Part shown: positions 26,772 to 38,934 of the stretch, piece by piece | Numbering within the stretch: position 1 is the first letter of the stretch | How the letters are laid out: each line of letters starts with the position of its first letter | Assembly (NCBI GenBank): GCA_051530055.1 | Contig: CM121341.1 | Span: forward strand, 14,796,784 to 14,860,783 | Direction: 5' to 3' | Origin: Neoechinorhynchus agilis | Lineage: Eukaryota; Animalia; Acanthocephala | Length of the DNA: 64,000 nt | Program-made: the position numbers and the translations under genes | The notes under the pieces: model-generated | What the model saw: the letters and a program-made list of their open reading frames with translations, nothing else | What the model was told of the DNA's origin: nothing | Databases searched by the model: none

Positions 26772-27575
26772 TCAATTACGAAGCAATTTATTTGCACGCT
26801 TGTTAGCGTCATAAATTCGTTCCTTATTGGATAAACCCTATGAAGATTGATTTAGAGTGAACAATTACCACCTTCTCATAAAACCTTGACATCGACACGT
26901 TCGATCTGTTGGTTTTGATTTTCGATTTCGCTTCCCATGTCCATAGCCATATTTCGCAGATTTCCGATCATAGTGCTCACTTGCTGGATATTTTCCTCCA
27001 TTTCGTCTTCACGGCTATCATTTGTGATTCTAAACAATTAGGATTATCGGAAATGTTTTATTTTTATTTTCGACTTTGTTACGAATCCACTTTGATGTGA
27101 AGGGTCGCCTCCATCAGCAACTCTCTTCATTCCAACTATTCCTCCTTTTCCGTCCTCGTTCCCCTTCCAAGTTGTAGAATAACTAGAGTTTTTCTCAAAA
27201 TTCTTGATTCTAAAATATTTTATCGTTACAGCCGCTAAGTAAATCTTGCTCACTTTTTCCATGGCAAAACAAATAACCCGCAACACTTCTCAAGTCCTTC
27301 CAAATTCTTTTCTGCGTCCTTCATATCTTCATTTATTCTATCCATACCTTCTTCAATCCTTTCAAGCTGCTCTCCTTGTTCATCCAGCATTACGAGTGTT
27401 TTAATTCCTGCTTCTTTGCTCTAAATATTAAACCCAGCGAATAAACTTCGGTTTTAAAACAATATAAGCTCACGTCTTCGCACATCTGCAACATTCTGCG
27501 AGTGCTCTCAAGGGACTCATCAGCAATGGTCGTTGCTTTTACAGTCAAATCATCGGTTGGTTTTGAATCCGCCAT
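26772..27575 (-). CDS. SNAP25: Synaptosomal-associated protein 25 (5 exons)
   Basis: Spliced product includes [39 protein letters not shown], a CC palmitoylation cluster, [32 protein letters not shown] and ANKRANKLL. Four GT-AG introns of ~44-53 nt. Confidence 0.96.
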
Positions 27576-28677
27576 TCTGGAGTTCAAGAAAGGATAAAAG
27601 AAAAAACGTTTATTCAAATATAACCCTAAAGGTGTGTTTTTAGGAGATAAAAATATAAGCCTCATCCAAAAACATGAGTTGTTTACAGTCGCTCCTCATT
27701 GTAAGGTTTTTGGAAAAGGACTATACTGCAGTCTACCCTATAGATTTCGCATTTTCTTAGTTTAATCAAATTCATTCACTCAGAGCGACAGAACAAAGTA
27801 CAGAGACGCCCACATTTGCACTATCGATCTTTTCATTGCACAAGAATATGCACTTAGAAAAATTTGAGTTGCTCTGCGCCGATGGTTGCCGAGAAAGCGC
27901 GGAGAAATTGTGCTAATATATAGTAGATCCGCTTGTGGATGTAGAAGCGCCCCATCCGCGCAATTCTCTTTACCACATAATGAATTCGCCGCAATTCAGA
28001 CAGTTTCAATGCTTCCTATTAAAAGAAAGCAATGTGTGTAGTTTTTAGATCTAATGAATTTTTAATTACGTCGCGAATTTTGAGTATTTTTAATTAAACT
28101 CAATGCAGAACACTTCCTCTCGCTCTCGATCTCTTCCTACTCTGGTATAAAAAATTTAAAGTACATAGAGGAAATGCAATACTAGGTAAGTATAAACACC
28201 AATTTAATGGTGTTAAAAATAGAAACTACTTTATACAAAATAATTGACATATATGGTAGTCATGTTTGCCATTTTGTACTTCGTAGAAGACGAATCAAGA
28301 TTTGGTGCTCATTGGCCGAGTTAATTACTAATAACTTAGAAGAGTAAATTGGATATACACTGCTGCTATTGGGTTGTTTCAAGCACAATTTGTTGAAACT
28401 AGTAGCGTCGATGAATTTACTTTTTCTCTCTGATTATTCATTGAATCAGCCTTGATCGTCGGTAAAAAGAAATCATGATAAATTGATAAAATGAAAGTTA
28501 AGAGTACCGGATGGATAAAATTAGCGATCCGGCTAAAGTACGAAGTGTGTTTGTCCAGATTTTTGTCCAAAAACTCATTGAAAAATCAGTGTTTATACGG
28601 CGCGGATGTCGCATTGTTCCGACTATATTACTCGGACATCACACTAATCTTTGCGCCCAAATATAACTATTCGCTGC

Positions 28678-29851
28678 CTACAACGACGGCGGCATTGGTC
28701 TAAATCCATAGAATGGCATTTGACCCGGCTGCAAATGAACTGTCGGCAGATTGATGACTCTCTGTGTTTCTGGATAAGACTGCCTCCATCCACTAGGGCC
28801 GCATCCATATTGCTGTTGTGGTTGCTGGAACACACAGGGTGTTTGGGTAACACTTTGTGTTTGTCCTCCACCAACAAAATACTGTGACTGCGGCGGCATT
28901 TGATGCATCATGCTCTGACTTGGCATTTGTCTGTTGGTCATCATTTGTGCCGCTGGGAATGTCATATGACTTCCTGGTAATTGTTGCTGATACTGGAATT
29001 GATGTGCGGGAGGATGAACATTATAAGTTGGAACTTGATGCGCTGGGATCTGCACCGGCGCTGCATGAACACTGTCAAATGAGTTCGAGCGAGACATTCT
29101 TGAGTGGGATCGAGAGTATGATCTGCAACAAATTTCACTGTCAAGATCTCCCTATACAATGAAACTTGCTTTAGGAACCGATGAAACTGATGAGCTTCTG
29201 GAATGGTGGGAGCTACGTCGTGACAGGCTGCGACCTACTCTCGGTGGCATTGCGCGCCTCATATCATCCCAATAGTTGAGACCTCCATCTTGATCGCTAT
29301 CACTACTGTATCGCCGATAATCCCGTCGACCGTGATAGCTCGGTGAATAGATGCGGGACGATGAGTGATTACCGTAGTGGTGACCTCTACCGTCCACTTT
29401 TACAACCCTCGTTCTTACTATAGTCGGTTGTGGAGACTCGGTAACTTCACGATGGACAATCCTTGGCGGTGGTGTTCTAGGTCTCTCAATGACCCGCTCG
29501 ACAATAGTCTGTGGAGCTGGCCTCACCACAACCTGTTCAAGCATTTAAAGTGATGACTTTATAAAGCTTTCAGACTTACTCGTTCAACTATCTGGGGTTC
29601 GGGAGTAGGAACGCGTTCTACAATGCGTTTGACCAATGGCGGTGGAGTTCTGCATCTCACGACATCTCTCGCAGGTCTTGCTCTGCTTGAACTTCTAGAC
29701 ACACTGCGTGCTTCGTATTCATCTGAACTTGCTGAAACGGGCGAATAAGCCCTCGATCGACTAAATCAAAGGCTTTCGTATGCGAACTCTTCAACCCACT
29801 TGAATACCTCTGTGGACGGGTATATGACCGGTGCTCGTATCTTTGGTCCAT
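28678..29851 (-). CDS. Ser/Arg- and Pro-rich protein with RTPPP/TPEP-IVERV repeats and a Gln/Pro-rich C-terminus (last junction unresolved)
   Basis: Two 47-nt GT-AG introns (29761-29807, 29533-29579) join MDQRYE..RCRTPPPLVKRIVERVPTPEPQIVER to VVVRPAPQTIVERVIERPRTPPP. ORF 28678-29097 is in the same frame, beyond a TAG. Confidence 0.72.
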
Positions 29852-31329
29852 GTCTGAAGGAAAAAACGAGAGGGCAAGGTAACGAATATAAGTTCTCTTC
29901 CTCTCTCGCTTAGGGAGTGTGGAGAAGGCGAACACATGAGATCGAAAAACCTAAAGAAAAACGCAAAAGTGAGCGTCATATCATAGTGTATACTATATTC
30001 TCATTTTAATGTTCTTCACCTCTTACACTCTAGTGAAGAGATCTTTTCGTCGTCAAAAGACCTGACCCACCATAACAATAGGTAGGATATAGGGGTCACA
30101 TAAGGAAATTGCATAAGGTCATTTTTCCGTAGACCTTAAGGGATTTCTCCCCTCAGCATTGTCTCCTAAGCTCTTTGTCAACCCAACTAAAAGTCTTAGA
30201 CAAGAATGGCAAGTAGAAATGTTTTGGGCCCAAAAAGGGCTGACTAATATTAGAAACAAACGTGAGACATGACACCAAGAGATGTTCACTTATCAAGATT
30301 GAACGTTTTGTACATTTTCTCAAACATTCAACATCAACTGACGAATACTAATGAATGGGGGGGGTTGTGCGCGAAAGTGCACGTCGATATGCTCAATTCA
30401 GTTTTGAACAATACCGTAGCCACACAGGTACGTATTCGTCTACTGAAAAATTGGTCGACGAGCAAGTCTATGAAAATAGCGGTGAATTGAGAGCGTTATT
30501 ATATTTATCCGTCATGGTTAGTTCGCGTAAGTTTCACGCTTGTATCAAAGATTGACGAGCTAAAAAGTAAACTGGGCACGAAAAAGCTTCTTTGTGTTTT
30601 CTCTATAAACGAAAACTCAAGTGGTTCCACTCATTCGATTTGGACATATGCAGAGTGCATTATTCGACGAGAAATGAATAGCGGCTGTAATGGCTTTGAA
30701 ATGCTTACGAAAAAATCGATTTTTACCTTCCGACTAATTATCCAACATCCCTTGATAAATCACAGAATTTTGCATTTATTTTCATAGCATTTCAAAATCA
30801 AATGAGCTCGAAATATCACCAGAGTTTCTCGTTGCAGTAATGAACTTTCAAAAACTTCTAAATTCTATTGGGAGTCTACCTTAAAATATTAACGAATCGA
30901 TCGTTCACTTCCTTCGTGGGACCGAGTGTGATCATACTTTCCGCAAAGAATCAATGTGAGTTCAATGGCGGCATCAGGCAATAGCAATCTGATGGAAGAA
31001 ACTTATGGAGGAGTAGGGGACAACAAAACACAATTACGGTTCTTCGCTTTGTAGCGGAGCAATTTTTCGCCAATCAAATTTTTTCTATGTTCTCAACCTT
31101 GATACGCTTGCTTTAAGTCGCTATTTATAAGCATTATAAGCCCTTGTCGGCTTGGTAAATATAAACAACTTCTAGGATCACGAATTACACGTAAATATTT
31201 CAGCCTTCTCTTAACGTCGCGATTGTTAAATGTGATTGTAAGAAAACGTATTAAAACTGAATCAGTGAACCTGATTGATTTGGAATGAAACACAAAGAAA
31301 ACTCTAACCGATTATAGTCGCGCACAGTT

Positions 31330-31805
31330 GATTTTCCAAGCCTTTAAAATTTTCACAGTTTTTTCAATTCTCACTGACTACCATGCCTCTCAACCCTACC
31401 ACCACGATTTTTACCACATTTTGTTCCCCTTTTCACACGAGCACAACAATCGTAATCCCAATTAGTTTCATCCTTCTATACTTCGCGTCTCCCTATACTT
31501 ACGCTCCTTTTTCCATACTGCCGAATTTTCTCGGATATCAAGACCCAAAATGAACCAGAGGACAGACCCAACCCAACAAACTCTTCTGCAAACAATAACC
31601 ACCAACTTTTTCACCCCGAGCGGACTTTACGCCCGAACGGGCATTCCAACCAAACTAAATATTACCGCAGGACCGAAACCGTAATCCACTCCAACATCAA
31701 CAGCCACATTCATTTAACAAATCAGAGCTCGAGTGTTCATGAGGAACCAAAGGTACATGGGTCCTAGTCGTTGTACTTAAACTAATAAAACGTGTTATTA
31801 TATTA
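31330..31805 (+). mobile_element. L2/CR1-like LINE 3' fragment
   Basis: Homologous to 3750-4177; ends CCAAAGGTACATGGGTC..AATAAAACGTGTTATTA. Confidence 0.7.
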
Positions 31806-32794
31806 CTATTTTTTTAACTGTGTAATCTATTCGTCTCTGGGCTTAACTTCATCCACTCACAAAGGCGATTTCGTCGTTTTAACACGACAGTACTAATGTT
31901 TATTGAACAAGTATTTAAACATAAAGTCACGGAAAATAAAGCTGCATCACACTTCCAGTATTGAAGACTGAATGTTATAAGCTCCGTAAGTTTAATAATC
32001 ACAATGGCAAAGTTAATTTTGTCGAAAGTTTCGATCTTTTTGAATTTGATTTCGTCGTCAATTAGATATCTTCGAAACGCAATTCACGACGTTTAGTGAT
32101 TGTGAACAAAATTCTTTACGCCGCTTTTAATTTAGACTTTTTATTCCACCTTCTTGCTAAAAGCAAGCAGATATGTTAAAGAAAAACAAGTTTAATATGC
32201 AATTCGTCATAGAATCCATAAAGCAGGATCCTCCCAAATGTAAACATTTGTATTGAATTATTGTGCCTAAACAATTGAAACAATTCTTTATCGAACAAAC
32301 CCCCATTCCTGTTAGAATTGAAATCATGCGCATTCCATCGATTATTGATCAAAAAATATTTTACATTGTTTAGGGAAAACAAAGTCGCGGAATTTCCATT
32401 TCACCCTGTTATACGATAAGACATTATTTAGCACTAAGGAGAATAAAGTAATATTAAAAGTATATTCGTTAAACTTGCTACGCATCTCGTTTTTACTAAA
32501 ATAGTAAACCCAGTATCAACAAGTTAAAAACTCAACTTCCTTAATATGCCACAGAGAAACTTATCAACATCATCGGGATTATGTTCTATACAATAAATCT
32601 CAGCAATTGGCAAGTAATACCATGAAAACAATATCTATCTCCTGGGTGCTAAAAGCAATCGGAAACGCAATCACAGCAAAACACAATTGTCTGAGTACGT
32701 CGAATGTGTAAGATAACCTGCAAAGGTATTTTACTCACCATTTTGTTGAGTGTTGGTGCGTTGCTGCTTTCGGCGAACTTTTTATGCTCAAGTG

Positions 32795-33453
32795 ATGAAT
32801 GCAATGAGTCAATTCGTTCTACTTGTACAATTGATGGTTCTGTTCTGTTTGGCTTTGGAATAGAGTCTCACTTATAAGATATTTTTAGTCGGCGAACACT
32901 TTAGTCTTCCAAATAATGTACTGATGATTGTCTTATACAAAAATTCAACTTCGATTAAATTTGCTCTTGTTAATGATTGGTCCTTATTGAGTAGAAACTG
33001 CAACGAAATCGACAACTATGGACTTGCACCGGCGGACGTTGCATTCAATACTACCGTTTTAAAGGTCAGTTGAATGAAAGTCCTTGCGAAATACCATAAA
33101 AACGTTTTCCACTTTAGATTGTAAAACTGAGGGATGGAACTAAGAAAATAAATTTCAATGTTCCATGGAACCATGAATTTACTATCGTATCGGGACCCCT
33201 AGGTGAGTCTGAACCACTAAGCAATATCGACTCTATGTATAACCTTTAAGCAAAACTGGTTAGACGAAAATCCAATATTTATGTGGAAAAAATTGGGAAT
33301 TTATCCTCTGTGCGACGAATAGAATCCCATACGCCATGGAGCTTATGGAAAATATTTAAGTAATCCATGGACATTGAGTGCTCACTTCATCTCATGATTT
33401 CGAGGCCAGCCAACAACAAAAGCCCATCCCCATTCTTTAATTTATTCTTATGA
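32795..33453 (+). CDS. Putative small spliced, possibly secreted protein (~155 aa), no family recognised
   Basis: Hydrophobic N-terminus MSQFVLLVQLMVLF. Four 42-54 nt GT-AG introns join in frame (..NTTVLK|IVKLRDGTKK..SGPL|AKLVRRK..). The first and last junctions are uncertain. Confidence 0.45.
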
Positions 33454-34127
33454 ACGTGTCTTGTTCATTGTTTTACAAAGCCCCTATCTTCGTAATCCAA
33501 ACCGGATTTACAATACAAAGTCCGTTTACCGTTTCAACGGTTTTCGATTTCATCCACCCGATCACACATTTCTTTAAAGATTGCCACTTAGCACAATAAC
33601 ACTCTTCATCTTTTGAATGCGGAACTGCGCAAATTGGATGCAGTCAGCATGATGGAAGTTAATAGGAGTTGTGAACTCTTCTCGAATAAATTAACTATTT
33701 TGCGCTAAGGGTCAGTAGCTCTTGTTACTATCTTTGTGTCGAAAGGTAGTGAGCCTGAAAGCGTAATGCCATGACATAAGTTGCATCGCAGCATTTTCCA
33801 CCTCCAGGTCTGCGTAAGTGCATAATGACATTTATTCGATCGGGCAAAAAGTTGCGTTTATTATAAGATAAAAAGGTAGAAAATGTACTCTTCGTTTGGC
33901 TACAGAACACTATCCAATGGAATTACGAGCACTACAAGCGCGATTTCCGCGATTAATGTCGTCCCAGTTTTTAAAACAAAGGTTATAAAGATCTCTAAAA
34001 TCAGCGGCGATTCATAATTGGCTATATGACTAATATAAAGTAGTTTCTGTAAAGGCTGTTTTCTAGCTATCAACCACGCTCATCTAAGACAATGTTCCCT
34101 TTATGACTTAAAAGGCGAAGTATTCTT

Positions 34128-35025
34128 TTAATTCTGTATTTTTATGGACTCTAAATGACGGACAAAAGAATAGCCCACATATAAACGGTCTTTTATCACT
34201 TTTCTTATTTGTTCTTCGAACCTTTTTTGTTCACATAATAAAATCAGCGCTCTATATAGTTCGCTTTGATTGTATATTGTAAAAATATTGTTAAAATCCA
34301 CGCCCTTTCTAAAATAAGACCTTTTCAGGTTACATACTCCATAAAAGAGTTCAAGTCGGTAGTTTGCCGTGAAAGGTACGCACTCTTTGTAAGATAAGAA
34401 GTCTTTGGTGTGGAAGGCTCTCAGAGGTTTGCAAGAAGTTTTCCAAACACCAAACAGGTTTTGTTCGTTTAGCAATGCGTTTTGCTGAAGACTCCTACCA
34501 GCAGTAAAAAGGTCAAAAACTTTTAGTAGAAACAAGGAATAATAAGCTGTGGAAACACTTTTAACGAATTGCTGCTCTGCAAACTGTCATAAGGGGAGTC
34601 TAGATCGATAGGTAAAACGACAACACATTATTGTGATAATCTATAAAATTAAATGACTAAAAACGGCAAATGGAAATAATGGGTTTATCGATTAAGACAA
34701 ATTACCGTCCATTAAAAAGCGCTATCATCTTAACGAAAAGAGGAAATCATCGAATTTGATACGGGGAAAGTGTGTGCTTCCAGTGTCATTCCTCGGTTCA
34801 TTAGCTAGTTGCAACGATGCTCTGCTTTGGTTCCCTGGAGACGAAACGTAGACTTAAAAAGTTTCTACATGCGTCGCTTATTCTCTCTAAAATACGAGTA
34901 TGCTTTTTCAAATGCGCTTTTAAAAAGTCGAAATTATCAACCTTTGAAAACATCTCAGTGAAAGTAAATAATCGAATTCCATCGAAATGCTTAATGTATG
35001 CGCTTTTGTAGCTGAATGTTTGCAA
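34128..35025 (-). CDS. Possible coding exons of an unknown gene
   Basis: Protein-like ORFs 34128-34535 and 34801-35025 in AT-rich DNA; no motif recognised and splicing not resolved. Confidence 0.3.
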
Positions 35026-36302
35026 AATTTACAAATAAAGGTCAGCGATTCGAATACTGCCGCTTTTTATGAAATACAAAACTATTTGATGCCTGATTCG
35101 TCGCATATGGAGTATTTGGCCTTACACTCGAAAGCAGCACAATTACGAAAGGTTGCGATAATATCAAATATTCTTTTCCAGCATTCCCAACGTTGATATG
35201 TAGTAGAAATTACGGGAACAAAGCAAAATTAATGATCATAGCAATTTCTTTTTCTATGAAAATGAACTCAACAAGGGCACATATTCCAATTCGTTATATC
35301 AAAACGAAAAGATTAACAATTGCTATATTTTTTAATTCTGCTCATTGTCTACTTCTCGGGCTCGTGAAAAGTTCGTTGCAGGTTTTTAAACCTGAGGTAA
35401 AGAATGACTTGAGTGTTTTGGAAAACCTAAAAAATTCGCATTAGCCTTATATTTTTCTACCTTTAACACTTTCAACTTGTTCTTGAAAATGTCTGATCCT
35501 CTAAATTGGGAGGAAGCAGCGTCTCGAGTCGCGCTGATAATAGATCGATTGCCACTTTTTTTGTTGTCTTACCATCGATCTATATCAGTCAGCATCGATA
35601 TGTTCCGCCGATTAAAGGGATGATGAAAACCCAAGGCGATTACTTTAGCGGATAACTAAATAAGATTTTTTCTTATATCTTTTTCTGTGGTCTTAATCCA
35701 AAACCGAAGAGCAATTGTTTCTTATTTGCAGTTCACATACGACGGATCTAACTAATGTGTTCTACTGTGTGTCTACAGCGCTTTGTCCTTTTTACTGCGA
35801 CTATTTAGACAATCATTGAATATCCAGACAGTCGGAGTTCTTGAAGAGTGGTGGAATAGCGGATAGGTTGGACCACTATCGCTTCTTAGCTTCAGTAGGT
35901 ACGACTGTCTGCTAGATATTACTTTAAGATCCCGTCAAGATAAACGTAAAGAATTCACGATCAGATTTTTCGATCTTCGATTGATATACATAACTCTATA
36001 GCTTTTCCGACTTGTTATGGCATTCCGGGATCATTAAAAGTTGGACGCGGAACCCATTAGAGAATAAGAGCGAAAGGAGTGTAAAATATTTCAGGAAAGT
36101 GCATTCGGTCTTTTACCCAACACTGCGCTTGCTTCCCTTTCATACCTGACTGTGAGAGAGAGCGAGTTGCGCAACGGGATCACTCCTTTTTCTTGCTGGT
36201 GTCATTAATTTCTTCAACGAGATATCGAATATCGCAGCCTACAAAGCAGAACTATATGTTGACCACCAACCAGAAGATAATAAATTCCCCGGTCTGTTTC
36301 AG

Positions 36303-37459
36303 AAATCATGTTTGAAGACAGCAGTCGCCATTCGCCACGACTCCACAATCCAAGGTCTAGGTCGACCCAAATTGGACAACATTGGTTTCATAGCTGGCAT
36401 CAGGTCATGAGTCTCATGAACAAGCAAATCGGGCAACTCGACAAAGACCGAAGGTTTTGTGCTGTATGCGGAAATAGGAACCGAAATAGACTCATAAAAT
36501 GCGCGAAATGCTCCATGATCTATTATTGCGGACCGGAGCATAAAAATGCAGATCAATTCATTCATCAACAATGCTGCGAAAAACTTCATTTTACTGCATT
36601 AGGTAACTTGTTTTTCTCCGTCTACAGTTCGCCGAATTGTAAAACGTAGGTCAAATCGCGTGCTCGATCCCAGCGCTGCCTCCATTCCCAACGGAGTATG
36701 AACGGTGGCCCGTACAACCTCGCGATATTAACTCTTGGGACCAGTGGATGAGGCTCCATCCAAATTTGACGACAACTGCAACCGAAACAGCATCCATTCT
36801 CTGCCATTATATAACCCCGGGCCCCAATGAACATGCAGTATTCGATAAATATCAACATTTATCGGCCATTATAGGTACAGTCGACCATCTGAACAGTCGT
36901 TCCAAAGTAACAAGTGAAACAATGCATCAATTGACAAGCGCCTTGCTTGCGCTTGTCACAGATTATCTTAGTTATCCAATCAGCATGGGAATGACTATAT
37001 ACGAGTTGCTCCCACCAAATTCGAATAGAAAGTCCATTAATGTAACAATTTTACCATCTCCAAGTCTACACGAACTCATCGGGTGTGGTCTCTCACATGT
37101 TTTACAAGCTTGGATGAGGGAATTGGGAAACATGTTTCCAAGTGAGCAAGTAAGTCGAATTAAAAGCTCGTATTTAAAGCTTAAATCTGTCAAAGGTAAT
37201 CAACGTAATTATGAGAGACAATGACGAACTTTTTAAACCAACTGCACTAACATCAGACCCAAGAATACAGTCCAGGTATATTTGAAACATTTTTTAAATA
37301 AAAAACAATCATTAACTCAAATTTGTTAGAATTTCAACAATTCGAATACATCGAGGAAAGTTGAGCTATACCCGAGATCAGATTGTGGATATTGTTCGTC
37401 CGGACATGGCAGTTTGCTTCAATCCGTTTTTATTTGCAAAACATAGTATTTTGTCCAAG
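36303..37459 (+). CDS. MYND zinc-finger protein, MSS51/ZMYND15-like (5' and 3' ends unresolved)
   Basis: CAVC..KCAKCSMIYYCGPEH..D..IHQQC MYND finger. Introns of 46-54 nt join SWDQW, VTDYLSYP and RPDMAVCFNP, which recall MSS51-type domains. Confidence 0.75.
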
Positions 37460-38063
37460 GTTAGTGATTATCAATGCCCGATTTACCTTCTCGTATGAAA
37501 TCATCGTATAATGACATTCTTACAAGTACATACTTTACAATTGCTACAATAGTTGTTACAATGTTTGTCTAAAAGTCAGACGGCGGCTTAGTGCTACAGT
37601 CATTTCGCACAGTATTTGTAAAGACACCAAGATAAAGAATTCTATTGTTGAACGATTATTCACGAAACTATCCGTAAAATGCTTCTCGCAGTCCGTCTAG
37701 AACGACATGCGATTTGAGGCAAGATAATATTTAAACAGACCATTCGAATCCACTCTTATTTAGACTGGAAACTGTTAATATACTCGGTATATAAGGTTTT
37801 TCTTCTAAATAGTTTACTTTGCTAAACATGATATTTTGGCAGTAGTAATAAAGCGGCGCTAGCGCTATGATTGGTTGAATTTTAATTTAGCAAAAGCGTT
37901 AAGCAATAATTTCCTTTTATTATTTTAATAGGGATGGCAAACAACTATCGACGAGTACGTCCAATTAAACGTTCCACTTTATATAACCTTCAGTTGTGCA
38001 ACCGAATATGAACGAGCCTTCAATTTCTTTACGGATTCATGTCGCAGCTCAATAGTACCAACC

Positions 38064-38934
38064 ATGCAACCATATAAATACGGTCGAAATCCGTTTGGAT
38101 CACGCCTAACACGACAAGACACATGCGCCCCAAACAGCATTTATTCCAGGAATTCTTACCATATTCTACTAAGACGTCTCCAAATACCAAATCTATCACC
38201 TGCTAATGGCGGGACAAAATCGATTCTGAGTAATCTCACGAACTGCAGCCAGCAACCGTCTCGTGTTAACAGGGCAACGGATGCAAATTTATCGGGGAAG
38301 AGGCGAAGCTTATCCGTACCTAGACTTGTTATACGACCTATATGGAATGGGATTTTGTTTTTTGAGAGCGGAGACTATAAAATAAACCTCAATCCCTTCT
38401 GAACAGACAATACTGTCGAAACGGAAAGTAGGATCTCGCCAATCGATATCTTCATCAAGCTCATTAGATTCTCCACCAATCGAGAACACAAATTCATCTG
38501 TCAATCATACAAGCGAGAAAGTACCGAAAGCCAGTGAATCGGAAACGAAGGCTCATATGCTCCAACTCCCGGCATCTCCGTCAAAGCGAAGATCTCTCAG
38601 AAGTATAAAGGCCCGTCAGGCTGCTAAGAGAAATGAAAATCAACTACTGATTAACCCATTCGTGAATGAAGATCCCGAGCAGGAGGAGATTTACAGATTT
38701 GAGAGCGACGAGCGCGTTATTGAAAGGAGTCCTATTAATAATTACCGTCTAAGAGTTGAATCGGTTGAAAATGAAAGCAAAAAACCTACACTGAGTCTAG
38801 AGGAAATCAAGAAGCAATTGGAAATGGAAAGTGAGGACAGACGGTACGATGAAGATCAGTTAGTCGCCAAGTCCATCACTAATGTAGCCACAAGCAACCA
38901 TAACAGCAAACGATTAAGACACAATAGCGACTAA
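38064..38934 (+). CDS. Low-complexity Ser/Arg/Glu-rich protein of unknown function, probably 2 or more exons
   Basis: ORF 38064-38402 plus an open frame from ~38378 to 38934; the joining intron is not pinned down. Confidence 0.4.

Noticed and set aside
27505-27525. CTGATGAGTCCC on the minus strand
   Set aside because: It encodes ADESL of SNAP-25 and has no GAAA or partner helices.
30269-30790. Possible spliced gene (open frames with GTACGT and GTTAGT donors)
   Set aside because: Competing frames, an atypical intron length and no recognisable domain.
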